Shown: positions 19,240 to 28,840 of the stretch, one piece after another
How positions within the stretch are numbered: position 1 is the stretch's first letter
How the letters are laid out: each line of letters opens with the position of its first letter
IMG/VR virus record: IMGVR_UViG_3300045815_000012
Direction: 5' to 3' (one strand)
Length of the DNA stretch: 64,000 nucleotides
Origin: an uncultured virus (IMG/VR IMGVR_UViG_3300045815_000012)
Taxonomy: Duplodnaviria > Heunggongvirae > Uroviricota > Caudoviricetes
Notes under the pieces: generated by a model
What the model saw: the letters and a program-made list of their open reading frames with translations, nothing else
Database searches by the model: none
Told to the model about the DNA's origin: nothing
Made by a program: the position numbers and the translations under genes

Positions 19240-19646
19240 AACTTATTCCTCAACTCCCTAGCTACTGTATTAAAGTAAATTTTTTCAGATGATTTCAGTG
19301 ATTTTGTTATTACTCCAAATCCACGCGGCTTTATTTGACGACCATTTCTGGTGTATCCCCACTCGTTCAAATGGATAATTCGATACCGCTGTTTTGGACC
19401 GTTCCAGCCAATTTCAGCTTCGGTGTTTTCATTGCGGTACGTTGCTTTCTTTTTGACGACTTCATCGATAGTAGCGCCAGTGTCTTTAAAAGACATCATT
19501 GCCCATTTCATTTGTTCCTCAACATCAGAAGCCCCTTCGTCAACCGCTTCACGAGCAATTTTTCGTGTTTTAGTGGACCCTAAACGTTTTTCCATCTCAC
19601 GTAGCGTTTCATTTACACCTTTAAAATCAACATTATTCATCGTCAT
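19236..19646 (-). CDS. HK97 gp10-like neck protein
   Basis: DTGAT...IHLNEWG motif. Confidence 0.75.
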   Translation of the reverse strand: MTMNNVDFKGVNETLREMEKRLGSTKTRKIAREAVDEGASDVEEQMKWAMMSFKDTGATIDEVVKKKATYRNENTEAEIGWNGPKQRYRIIHLNEWGYTRNGRQIKPRGFGVITKSLKSSEKIYFNTVARELRNKL

Positions 19647-19998
19647 ACACCGCTAACAAAATCGTGATGAATCGGTTGTCAGTGAAATCATTTCGAACGT
19701 CAACGATGTTCCAACGAATGCCTGAATATCTCCTATCCATAACCTCTACATAATGCTTGTTTGAAACAATGTAGTCAGTTTGCGGATCTCTAATCGTGAG
19801 AGTTACTGCTTGTTTAGTCGTCTTTGAGTTCAAAATTTCCAAGTCTTTCATTGAGGGGTTATAAATCTCAGCGAAACAATTAAAAATGGTCTGCTTCTCT
19901 TGCTCGCCTGGCTCAGGGCCTTTATGAGGTCGATATTGAAAAAATTCAACAGGTGTTCTCATAGCGCCGTTATTGACTTTGGGTTTCTGGTACTTCAT
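19633..19998 (-). CDS. Head-tail adaptor/closure protein
   Basis: Synteny; MRTPVEF...WNIVDV. Confidence 0.75.
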   Translation of the reverse strand: MKYQKPKVNNGAMRTPVEFFQYRPHKGPEPGEQEKQTIFNCFAEIYNPSMKDLEILNSKTTKQAVTLTIRDPQTDYIVSNKHYVEVMDRRYSGIRWNIVDVRNDFTDNRFITILLAVYDDE

Positions 19999-20272
19999 CT
20001 TCGCCATCAGCTCCCTCTTCATAATTTGCTAAAGAGACAGCCATTAATTCCGATTGAAAGTTATCATTGAAAAATTCTAACGAATCATTGTAGACATATC
20101 GGCTGCGTTCAATCACGAGTTCGCGAATTTCAGGATTTGAAACATTGTCAGTCCCACACCATCGCTTAACAGCTACTTTTGAACTTTTCAAAATATTTTC
20201 TAAGTTTTCATCGTCAGCAGTATGAAAGATTCTCATCCGCGATTTGAAATCTTTTAGCAATTTCTCATCCAA
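19970..20272 (-). CDS. Head-tail connector (gp6-like)
   Basis: FKSRMRIFHTADD; follows the capsid gene. Confidence 0.8.
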   Translation of the reverse strand: MDEKLLKDFKSRMRIFHTADDENLENILKSSKVAVKRWCGTDNVSNPEIRELVIERSRYVYNDSLEFFNDNFQSELMAVSLANYEEGADGEDEVPETQSQ

Positions 20273-20349
20273 TAGAAACGCCCCTTTCTATCGCAGTGCA
20301 ATTGTTGCTCCGTCACTTGTCGGTTCAACATTAATAACTGCGGGGGCCT

Positions 20350-21465
20350 CTATTTTCCCTCGGATACTTTTAATCCCCAAACTGCAGCAGCCTTATCATC
20401 TTTAGCTTTCCCATAAGCAAACTGTTTAGCAGTGTATAAATCCATGTCTTCAATCGCTAATGTTTGATCGTATTTACGTAAAGTAATGCCCCCGCCAATA
20501 TATGCATCGTATCGGCCGTTTACGAACGTTAAAACTTTTTCAGTTGCTTGCGCTAATGATTCAACAATTTTCAAATTGTAAGGTAACGCAGTTACATATA
20601 CTCCTTGCGCATTTAATGAAGTATATTGACGTTTGACATCCCAAGCATCACTAGGATTAACTACCATGACAACTTTTCCATCTACAGCAACTGCATGACC
20701 TTTTTCGTCAGTTGAATGATGTTTGTAAACATTCGTTAGTTCTTTAACGGTCGTTGCTGAATCAGCAAATGTTAAATCGCCCATTGAAGTTTTTTCTGGA
20801 TAAACACCACCAGTAATGGCTACACCTTCTTGAACTTGACGATTTAAACCAATCGGCTTGTCATTTCCATCTCCTGATAAAAAAGCAGCCTCTAAAGCCA
20901 CTGCAAAAGCTTCATCAATTTGAGTAGCCACAAATGATTCAATCCAAGCTGGTCCGAAGTCTTTCAAATCCTTAGGAACAACTACAAACGCCGTCAATTT
21001 GCTTTGAATTGCTTCTTCTTCACTGAACGCTGCATCTAACTGACCTTTGATCTCGCCGAAGATTTTTCCCCATACAGCAACACCACTTGTTTCAGATTTC
21101 AAGAATTTCAATCGTAGCCCTGCGTTTACTAAACCGATTTCAGCTAATAGTGAATGGGCAGTAGTTAAGTTCTCAAAGATTCGATCAATGGTTTCTTGCG
21201 GCAACAATTTTTCTTCTTTATAACCGACGTCCGTGCTGATAGCATTAAAAAATTTACGCTCACGAGCAGATAATTTCGCATCTGCCGGATTTTCAGCAAT
21301 TAATCCTTCTGCCTCAGCACGCGCTTGTTTTTTTGCTTCGTTCAGCAATTCATCGAGCATTGCACCGTATAGTTCATTTTGTTTTTCAGCTGGCTCGTTA
21401 TTATTAACAGCAGCTAAGAAGTTGTCACGAATTGTTTTGAATTCGTTTGATAGTTTCATAGTCAT
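20350..21465 (-). CDS. Major capsid protein (HK97 fold)
   Basis: 371 aa after the protease; slippery G GGA AAA at its end. Confidence 0.92.
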   Translation of the reverse strand: MTMKLSNEFKTIRDNFLAAVNNNEPAEKQNELYGAMLDELLNEAKKQARAEAEGLIAENPADAKLSARERKFFNAISTDVGYKEEKLLPQETIDRIFENLTTAHSLLAEIGLVNAGLRLKFLKSETSGVAVWGKIFGEIKGQLDAAFSEEEAIQSKLTAFVVVPKDLKDFGPAWIESFVATQIDEAFAVALEAAFLSGDGNDKPIGLNRQVQEGVAITGGVYPEKTSMGDLTFADSATTVKELTNVYKHHSTDEKGHAVAVDGKVVMVVNPSDAWDVKRQYTSLNAQGVYVTALPYNLKIVESLAQATEKVLTFVNGRYDAYIGGGITLRKYDQTLAIEDMDLYTAKQFAYGKAKDDKAAAVWGLKVSEGK

Positions 21466-21491
21466 TCAGTATGACCTCCTTATTTTTTGTA

Positions 21492-22199
21492 TTAAAAAAA
21501 GAACCGTTTCAAACCAGCATTTTCTGGTTCAATCGATTCTTGTTTTTTAGTATTTAGTTTTTCTGCTACTTTATTTGCCAATTCATCTAAATCAAACTGC
21601 GGTTTTAACTTTTCTGCCAATTTTGAAATCGCGTCTGGCGGAATAACCGGCGAGACACTTGCGACTAGTAAAGGTGCTTCTTCATTTTGAAACATTACTT
21701 TGTCCGCAAATCCTTTCTCTACTGCTTGTTCTGCTGTCAACCAGGTTTCATGATTCATTAGTTCAAGTAAGTTTTCTTTTTCAAGACCCGTTTTACCGAT
21801 ATAAGCATTCGCGATCGACAAATTATAGTTCTTTAAGACTTCTGCTTCATGAGCCAACGCTCTGTGATCACCGCTTGCACCACTAGAAACATTGTGAATC
21901 ATAATTTGGGCGGTTGGACTAATTTCAATTGAACTACCAGCCATCGCAATAACGCTTGCCGCACTAGCTGCAATCCCTACAATTTTCACTGTCACTTCAC
22001 CTTGATATGCACGCAAAGCCGTGTATATCTCACTTCCAGCATAGACATCTCCTCCACCCGAATTAATCACAATTTCTAATGGTTCATTGGTTTCGGGTAA
22101 AACAATGTCACGCGGTGCGGTGCTATCCATTTCGAACAAATCGTAGATCCATTTTTGATTGTTCGAAATAATCGTTCCTTTAATTTCCAGTTTCGTCAT
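21492..22199 (-). CDS. ClpP-like prohead protease
   Basis: INSGGGDV, AASAAS, IMIHN, ETWLTAEQA. Confidence 0.92.
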   Translation of the reverse strand: MTKLEIKGTIISNNQKWIYDLFEMDSTAPRDIVLPETNEPLEIVINSGGGDVYAGSEIYTALRAYQGEVTVKIVGIAASAASVIAMAGSSIEISPTAQIMIHNVSSGASGDHRALAHEAEVLKNYNLSIANAYIGKTGLEKENLLELMNHETWLTAEQAVEKGFADKVMFQNEEAPLLVASVSPVIPPDAISKLAEKLKPQFDLDELANKVAEKLNTKKQESIEPENAGLKRFFF

Positions 22200-23337
22200 T
22201 TACTTCCTCCCCTCCTTTCGCTGCCTTCTCATAGTTTTTGGTGATGTAAAACTCGTCGCCACCATCAATACTTTCATAATCGACTTCTTTTCGAATCTCA
22301 TTTCGATTGAATCCGCCACTTGAAATTAATTTATCTACCGCATCAGCCAGATCGAAAATATCTTTTTTGTCCACGCCTACAACTTTGATTTCAGTCCCAT
22401 TAACAAATTCAGTTTTATCAATGATTTTAGCGTTTAACTCATCTTCAATTTTTTTATTTAATGACTTCAAACAATATTTATTCAATACTGTTTGCGCACT
22501 TTCTAAATCTGCTAATTCACCATGCAAGATTGTAGAAGGGATCCCTAAAATATCAGCGACTTCATCCACGAATTGTCGTTTTAGCTTTTTCAGTTCATCA
22601 ATCGACTGATTCGTTTCTCCAACTGTATTTGTTAGTTCGTTGTACTCGAGTCCGGCTTGCACCGGGACAATTGCAATAGATTCATTGCTGAATTTCGCAT
22701 AAACCTTATCAATATACGATTGTGCTCTCTTTTGTAACTTGTCATCAAAACCGCGACCTTCTTTACCAGTAACAGTTGCTCTAATCTGATGGTTGCGCAT
22801 TGCCACTTCAACCATGCGATTGTAGAGAGAGGCATAGTCTTCATACAGGCCACGTACATATCGACTTAAATCATTGTTGTTATACTGAAGAAAAATTACT
22901 TCACTCATTGGAAACTTTCGTTTGAACTCATACCCTTTCAACCACACGCTTTCGAAATAATCTTCGTACAACGCATATTCTTTTCTGACATAACTTTCTG
23001 CGATTAATAATTGGTCATCATCAGACAAAACAATTAAAACCTCATTTTGCGTGATCAACTTATAAACGACTTGTTGCCAAAATGATGATGCAGATTGGTC
23101 TAAATTCGGTCGGACGTTCAGCAAATACGACCATTCATTTTTAAGCGGTTGCCCATTTTTTCGAATCCTAAATTCTGAACGGCCAAAAGACCGAGCTAAA
23201 AACTCAGCACACGTATCGACGGCTAGGTGTTTCAAGTAAAGTGTATGGTATTCATCGATTAACGCATCAAAATCATAGCTTGATTCAATCTCTGAATTTT
23301 TTTTGAAAATATCAAAAAACGATTGAAATACTCCCAT
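22180..23337 (-). CDS. Portal protein (HK97 family)
   Basis: LLNVRPN, NRNEIR; position. Confidence 0.92.
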   Translation of the reverse strand: MGVFQSFFDIFKKNSEIESSYDFDALIDEYHTLYLKHLAVDTCAEFLARSFGRSEFRIRKNGQPLKNEWSYLLNVRPNLDQSASSFWQQVVYKLITQNEVLIVLSDDDQLLIAESYVRKEYALYEDYFESVWLKGYEFKRKFPMSEVIFLQYNNNDLSRYVRGLYEDYASLYNRMVEVAMRNHQIRATVTGKEGRGFDDKLQKRAQSYIDKVYAKFSNESIAIVPVQAGLEYNELTNTVGETNQSIDELKKLKRQFVDEVADILGIPSTILHGELADLESAQTVLNKYCLKSLNKKIEDELNAKIIDKTEFVNGTEIKVVGVDKKDIFDLADAVDKLISSGGFNRNEIRKEVDYESIDGGDEFYITKNYEKAAKGGEEVNDETGN

Positions 23338-23359
23338 TTACACACCCCCCTTCACTACT

Positions 23360-25003
23360 TTAAAAGTCCCAATTTTCCATCATGTCAAAAAAGCCTTCTA
23401 AATCAACATCTTGAATTTCTTCTCGTTTATATAAAGCCGCTAAAAACGCATGAAAACCATCTGTCTTTCTACGGACTGGTTCTTTTTTCAAGAATGTTTT
23501 ATTTCCTGATTTATCTACTTTTGCATAGCTGTTATTTGTGTACCATCGCATCGATGGATCATCGCCAAAAATAAATTTTTCGTTCGCAAAACCATCTTCA
23601 ATAATTGGCGCCACTTTCGATTGCACGCCACGAATATTTCGAATAAATTCATAGTTATACCCTTCTTTTTCAAGTAACGGTTGCAGTAAATCCATTCGGT
23701 AACCATCCGCGCACACCATTTCAATTTGATACAGTTCACGCTTTTCGTTCAACCAATCAATCAGTAGTTGGGGAGAAATAGACGGCGCGTCCACAATTGT
23801 GAATATACCTTTTTCCGTCCATTCTTTTATCGGTGCTTTAATTTTGAATGTATCTAAGAACTCTTTCCGTGCAAAACTATGCTGCATCCAAATAAACTTC
23901 TCTTCACGTTTAAACAACAGCCCAACGCTTGCAAAATCCCGAATTTCGGCATAGTCAAAACCAGCCACACATGATTTTCCTTTCAAATCACCAATAGGTT
24001 GATCGGTAGCCATTAATTTATCATGTGTAGTTATATCCGTTTCCATGTCGCCTTCTGTAAAATTCATCCGTTTTACAACGAATTCACGGCGACCAGAGGG
24101 TTCTTCTTCTAATTTCAAGTATTCATCCATAACCGTTGAATACAGGCGTTTTGCGTAGGATGATTCTTCTTCAAACATCGGATTCGCTTTCGACCACAAT
24201 TCTGGCTTGTCCATTTCTTCGATCGTGTCCAGTTTGCATATAAACGGGAATAAACGATCATTCTTGTTTTCACCAGTAAATATTTTTTGTGCTCGTTCTA
24301 ATGTTCGGTCATAAAAACCTTCTCGAACATGCCCGTTTGTACCGTTGTAAAATGTGCGTGGATGTTTGATTTTCCCTAATCCACTTCGCTGGATATCAAC
24401 AATATCCGAGTTTTCAAACATATGGATTTCATCAAATTCAAGACATCCATCACGGGCACTATCCATGGTTTTAGGATTATTCGTCCGATAACTAAAGATA
24501 GAATTCGTAACTCGGTTCGTGATTGCCATTTTTGTCAGGTAAAATTGCTGTTCTAAACGTTTTGCTTGAACGGTTTCGTAAACTTCTTTAAAACTCACTT
24601 TCCCTTGTTTTTCGGAATTGGCTGTAATCGTCACATCGTAGTTTCGAACTCCGTAAAGTGGGGAAATAAAAAACGAGTCTCTAGCTGACATAAAACCATT
24701 TTTACCACCACCGCGTGCTATCGAGTTCAAAATTTCATTAAAAAACACCTCATCATCTTCTTTTTTGTAAAGAAAAATGAAAGGTGTCATGAATTTTTGA
24801 TACTTTGCTAAAGGAAAAAAATTTTTCTCAGCATATAAAATAAATTTTTGAATCATTTCATTATCGAAATATAAATCATCTCGGACCAGAACTTCTTTTT
24901 TTAAATACTCGACTAGTTGAATGCGTTCCTTGTTAAACGGGATAGCACCTCGCTCGTACAAGTCCACGTATTCGTCAAAAAAATATGGTTGAAGCAACGT
25001 CAT
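23360..25003 (-). CDS. terL: Terminase large subunit
   Basis: ARGGGKN Walker A, FDEIH Walker B, KTDG nuclease motif. Confidence 0.95.
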   Translation of the reverse strand: MTLLQPYFFDEYVDLYERGAIPFNKERIQLVEYLKKEVLVRDDLYFDNEMIQKFILYAEKNFFPLAKYQKFMTPFIFLYKKEDDEVFFNEILNSIARGGGKNGFMSARDSFFISPLYGVRNYDVTITANSEKQGKVSFKEVYETVQAKRLEQQFYLTKMAITNRVTNSIFSYRTNNPKTMDSARDGCLEFDEIHMFENSDIVDIQRSGLGKIKHPRTFYNGTNGHVREGFYDRTLERAQKIFTGENKNDRLFPFICKLDTIEEMDKPELWSKANPMFEEESSYAKRLYSTVMDEYLKLEEEPSGRREFVVKRMNFTEGDMETDITTHDKLMATDQPIGDLKGKSCVAGFDYAEIRDFASVGLLFKREEKFIWMQHSFARKEFLDTFKIKAPIKEWTEKGIFTIVDAPSISPQLLIDWLNEKRELYQIEMVCADGYRMDLLQPLLEKEGYNYEFIRNIRGVQSKVAPIIEDGFANEKFIFGDDPSMRWYTNNSYAKVDKSGNKTFLKKEPVRRKTDGFHAFLAALYKREEIQDVDLEGFFDMMENWDF

Positions 25004-25359
25004 AAGAGATCACTACCATCCAAAGCTGCAGTGGTAGCTGCTTCTCGTTTTTCTTCTGGCAAATAGTCTGTTAACTGCTTGACAATCCGCTGATACGATT
25101 GATCTCGTGCATTATATTGTTTAGCAACTGGCCGCTCCCTTTCGTAAGGAATCTGATTTTCTGACTGTGAGAATAATTCATAATCTCCTTTTTCAGAAAT
25201 ATCAATCCACATTTCATCTAACAAAATTTTTAATCTAGCTGCTTGAGTTACTAATCCAGATACGACTTTTTTCTTGTCATCTGCAAGATCGTAAAATAAG
25301 TCATTCAATCGTTTTTCCTCAGCTGCTACCTTTTCATTTCTGATTTTTAAATCCGCCAT
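25000..25359 (-). CDS. terS: Terminase small subunit
   Basis: ERPVAKQY; directly upstream of terL. Confidence 0.8.
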   Translation of the reverse strand: MADLKIRNEKVAAEEKRLNDLFYDLADDKKKVVSGLVTQAARLKILLDEMWIDISEKGDYELFSQSENQIPYERERPVAKQYNARDQSYQRIVKQLTDYLPEEKREAATTAALDGSDLL

Positions 25360-25379
25360 CCAATCACTTCCTTTCTTCT

Positions 25380-25482
25380 GGGGAGGGGGTTATACGCGTA
25401 TCATCAATAGATCTGTGGAGTTGACCCATCCACCGGTTTCCAAAATTTTTATTTTTAGCCAAAATATTTCGACCGGGGGTAT
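25380..25482. other. Probable cos packaging region
   Basis: Non-coding gap between HNH and terS with CCCCCGG and CGGTGGATGGG blocks; cut site not resolved. Confidence 0.55.
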
Positions 25483-25488
25483 GATTTT

Positions 25489-25800
25489 CTACCACCATTC
25501 ATCATCAAATTTTTTCTTACGTTCTGCTCCGCGATAATTCATACGACTATGCCGTTTATTGTGGCATTCTTTGCATAATGTTCTTAGATTATCTATATCA
25601 GTAGCAAGTTCTGGGTGATATTCAAGTTCTTTAATGTGATCCACTTCCAAGATAGCATCATTAATAGTTGTAACCTTGCCCTCTTCTTTACACCATAGAC
25701 ACTCGTAGTGATCACGTTCCAGCACTTCTTGCCTTAGCTGCTTCCACTCGCTTGATGAATAGAACTTAGCTCTATCTGCTTTAGTTGTTACTTCAATCAT
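25489..25800 (-). CDS. Packaging-associated HNH endonuclease
   Basis: FYSSSEW, CLWC, VDHI, LCKECHNKRH. Confidence 0.9.
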   Translation of the reverse strand: MIEVTTKADRAKFYSSSEWKQLRQEVLERDHYECLWCKEEGKVTTINDAILEVDHIKELEYHPELATDIDNLRTLCKECHNKRHSRMNYRGAERKKKFDDEWW

Positions 25801-26337
25801 CTACATGTCCCGCTTGTGTCCAATGATCTTCTTATCGAGGTACTTATCATTCGATGTTGAGTAGTATTCGATGTTGATGTCATTGGCTGAATCATCAGGC
25901 CACTCTCCGGTCGTCCTGTAATGATACGAGATATCTACCAAAGCTTTAGGCAGCTCATCCAACCTCTCACCTTTGTAATACACTTCAGGGACCGAATCAG
26001 TATCCTTCAGTTTGATTTCTAGTAGGTTAGGTTCTTCTTTGTTATTCAGATACTTAAGGCTTTGTTCAAGCAACTTCATTGATTTGACTCTTGCTTCCGC
26101 TCCAACAAAGTCATTAGTGAATCGTTCCACTGCATAAGCTTTCTGAAGTTCCATAGCGTCCCTAATTTCAGGAAGATAGCTGTAGAAACTATCAACCAGT
26201 AATTTTCCGCGTGGTATCTTTTCAAAGTCTCCGCCTGTAAACACAAACGTAGCCGGATGTGATTGTCTAATCGCTCTTCCTAGGCATTCCGATGTTACTA
26301 TGCTGTATCCTTCATGTATATAATCTATTAGCTTCAT
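25801..26337 (-). CDS. Hypothetical phage protein
   Basis: ORF with GGAGG RBS. Confidence 0.65.
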   Translation of the reverse strand: MKLIDYIHEGYSIVTSECLGRAIRQSHPATFVFTGGDFEKIPRGKLLVDSFYSYLPEIRDAMELQKAYAVERFTNDFVGAEARVKSMKLLEQSLKYLNNKEEPNLLEIKLKDTDSVPEVYYKGERLDELPKALVDISYHYRTTGEWPDDSANDINIEYYSTSNDKYLDKKIIGHKRDM

Positions 26338-26525
26338 TGCTCTTCCTCCTTAATCCACTTAAAGAACTTGAACCACGCGAGCGTCTGCTCCTTGCTGTTA
26401 CCATCAGGGCTACTATGGCTCTCTGTCTTCAATACATGTATAGCAACATCATCTACGGTGTATGTGTCTGGTAACTTATCTCGTGCATGGTTGAAACACT
26501 GTTGCAAGTATTCAAAGTATGTCAT
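26334..26525 (-). CDS. Hypothetical phage protein
   Basis: MTYFEY start; ATGA-coupled. Confidence 0.6.
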   Translation of the reverse strand: MTYFEYLQQCFNHARDKLPDTYTVDDVAIHVLKTESHSSPDGNSKEQTLAWFKFFKWIKEEEQ

Positions 26526-26785
26526 GTTGATTCCTCTAAGAAACCATTCGCCAATCGCCGGCATAAACCAAAATAGTTTCGAGCAAACCGGACATCTTTT
26601 ATATCCGCTCTCTCGCCAAATGACTCAGTAAAAATAATATGCATTGCTGGAGCTGGTTCTGTATGTTTCATAACTGTTATAGAAATTGCCTTGCATTTAT
26701 CGTGGAAGGTTTCATCAAACATTTTGATATAATGCTCAGCTTGTTTCACCGTCTCACCCACAACTAGATATTTGTATATAGTCAT
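26522..26785 (-). CDS. Hypothetical phage protein
   Basis: MTIYKY start; GAGGTG RBS. Confidence 0.6.
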   Translation of the reverse strand: MTIYKYLVVGETVKQAEHYIKMFDETFHDKCKAISITVMKHTEPAPAMHIIFTESFGERADIKDVRFARNYFGLCRRLANGFLEEST

Positions 26786-27009
26786 CTTAACCACCTCTTT
26801 ATGTTCTCTTGCACATGTTCCTCTTTCCAATAACCAAACCCACAATAGACCATCTTGCACTGATCAACCTCAACCGGTGTTGCTTCCCTGGTCATTTCTA
26901 CGATCGAATACTTCGCCTTCATCTGAACAGACATCACCACCCGTTTATGTTGACCTCTCATTGGCAAAGGATATTTATTGTTTAGTGACACATACCAATA
27001 GTTTCTCAT
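26782..27009 (-). CDS. Hypothetical phage protein
   Basis: MRNYWY start; AAGGA RBS. Confidence 0.6.
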   Translation of the reverse strand: MRNYWYVSLNNKYPLPMRGQHKRVVMSVQMKAKYSIVEMTREATPVEVDQCKMVYCGFGYWKEEHVQENIKRWLR

Positions 27010-27029
27010 TTTTATATTCCTTTTCCGCA

Positions 27030-27126
27030 TTGTCCTGTAAGCGTTACAATGATATAATTTCTACGTATCATCCTTTTTAAAAATTTGTTTTTCATTTGGC
27101 CGCTGCGGAAACAGCGGTCTATTTTT
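27030..27126 (+). ncRNA. cre-controlled csRNA-like sRNA unit
   Basis: TTGTCC-17-TATAAT with TGTAAGCGTTACA in the spacer; ATCCTTTT...TTTTCAT; GGCCGCTG/CAGCGGTC terminator. Confidence 0.7.
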
Positions 27127-27399
27127 GTGTGCAAAATAAAAAGACCGCCTAAGCGATCTTGATTATGTATATCGTCCCCGCTTGGGACACATCGTTGAGA
27201 GGTGTACGGGGTTCTATTAATAATTAAAACTCTCACCTCAGAACGCATCTGCCTAAACAGGAATGAGAGTATTGACATTAAATTAAGCAACCTACTCCAT
27301 TATGGAACCCACTGTTTATCCATGACTGGCAGATAGGAATGCTCGGTTGCTATTTGTGGGCGCTTATGTCCCGATGTTTCTTGGGCACCTTCGTCCCTA

Positions 27400-27474
27400 T
27401 TGACGTGGCCGGGATCGAACCGACCTCATTTCCAACTCTGACAGTCAGATGCATCACCATGATGCTACACGTCA
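27400..27474 (-). tRNA. Degenerate tRNA-like element (GTC/Asp-like, enlarged anticodon loop)
   Basis: TGACGTG/CACGTCA acceptor, GCAT/ATGC D-stem, GTCGG-TTCGATC-CCGGC T-arm. Confidence 0.6.
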
Positions 27475-27614
27475 ACTGGAGGAGCTACCTCCTGCAAGCT
27501 TGCTGTTGAGATTGACTAATCGGCAAGACTATCTTAAATCCTAGAGTCTACTAGTTACCTTTATCAGCTCGCTGACGATACTGATGTGGTCACATTTAAG
27601 TTACCTTTCGTCTA

Positions 27615-27703
27615 AGTCACTGGAGTGGCACCGCCCCACTCATGGTTGCCTAAGCATTAACCTCGCACGCATGCAACACGTCTTCTACTTCCGCCACAGT
27701 GAC
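27615..27703 (-). pseudogene. Highly degenerate class II tRNA-like element
   Basis: GTCACTG/CAGTGAC acceptor, TGGCGGAA D-arm start, long variable arm; T and anticodon loops non-canonical. Confidence 0.45.
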
Positions 27704-27914
27704 ATAAAGACGGCATGCTCAATGTAGAAATCATTATTTCATGCCGTCAATTGTTTGCCTACTCTGTTTCCGCAAAGTGGCAGTGTAGTCAAAAAGAGAA
27801 TAACCCACCAAGCTAGACGTTTGTATGTTAAGAGGTATAAGAAGAAACTTCATGCCAATAAAGTTAATTTGAGTCGTCTGTTTGATGGATTATTTAAAAC
27901 TCTCTGATAATACA

Positions 27915-27960
27915 ATTATATAGGGGTTGACAGTGACAAAACTACCCACTTTTGTGTCAT
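27915..27960 (-). promoter_or_regulatory. Probable late promoter and activator site
   Basis: TATAAT at 27920-27915 preceded by TGACAcAAA...TTTTGTCA inverted repeat, right after the activator gene. Confidence 0.55.
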
Positions 27961-27961
27961 T

Positions 27962-28375
27962 TTAATTGATTTCCCCAATTCGTCTTCCAAAATCAAGTAA
28001 AATTTTCTGCCGCAATCGATAAATAGTCTTTTGAGCATATCCATGTTTTTGACCAAAACTTACCCAATCCATCCAACTATCTTCACCCCAGTATTTAAGC
28101 TCCATCAGTTTTCTAATATCAGCGCTCTGACTTTCTAAAGTCTCCCTGATACACTTCTTCCAAAGCTGCCGATTGACAATATACGGATCAGATAACTCTT
28201 TAATTACTTGCTGTTCAACAGGATTGCTACGAATGTTCCCTTTACCGCCGCCGATGTTCTCATCAGCCTCTTTCATTTTTAGTTCTTCTTTTCGAATCGC
28301 GATTTCTCTATTGTAATTCGGATAATTCGCAAACTTCCTGTCTAATTCGTTTATGAGATAATCATTTCTACTCAA
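27962..28375 (-). CDS. RinA/ArpU-family (DUF722-like) late transcription activator
   Basis: DENIGGGK...LKYW with C-terminal HTH; last gene of the early operon. Confidence 0.85.
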   Translation of the reverse strand: MSRNDYLINELDRKFANYPNYNREIAIRKEELKMKEADENIGGGKGNIRSNPVEQQVIKELSDPYIVNRQLWKKCIRETLESQSADIRKLMELKYWGEDSWMDWVSFGQKHGYAQKTIYRLRQKILLDFGRRIGEIN

Positions 28376-28596
28376 TCATTCTTCCCCCGTTGTTCTGTAT
28401 CTTTGCTATCACTTTTATTCAAAATTTCATTCAATTTCATAATGAATTCAATGTAGAGATCTTTTTGTGTCTCCAACGTTTTCATTCGTTTATTCAGTTC
28501 ATTAATTGCTTTATTGTACGATTTGAATATAGAAGCGACTATACGCCATGTAACGATAAACAAAATGATTCGAAAAACAGCCTCTGTCGTGCTCAT
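28372..28596 (-). CDS. Small TM/coiled-coil protein
   Basis: GGAGG RBS. Confidence 0.6.
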   Translation of the reverse strand: MSTTEAVFRIILFIVTWRIVASIFKSYNKAINELNKRMKTLETQKDLYIEFIMKLNEILNKSDSKDTEQRGKND

Positions 28597-28630
28597 TCAC
28601 ACCCCTCCTAAACTTCCTCTATTGGTGACG

Positions 28631-28840
28631 TTAGCGGATTAACTGAACATCGATTAGACGCTTTAGCAACTCCCACTCATCCTTCGTCATAGGAATATCA
28701 TGTTGTTTATCTTCTGGCTCTCTCGTCGTTTGAAAAAGTATGCCGTCCTCATTCACACTAAAATACAAGGTATCTTCTCCCGTACAATGCCTGTTGATGA
28801 ATCGGGCATTATCAATGATAAATCCTTCTTTTTTATCCAC
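28631..28840 (-). CDS. Hypothetical phage protein
   Basis: GGAGGTGG RBS. Confidence 0.6.
   Translation of the reverse strand: MDKKEGFIIDNARFINRHCTGEDTLYFSVNEDGILFQTTREPEDKQHDIPMTKDEWELLKRLIDVQLIR

Noticed and set aside
27012..27290. 92-aa minus-strand ORF
   Set aside because: No RBS; runs through terminators and the antisense sRNA unit
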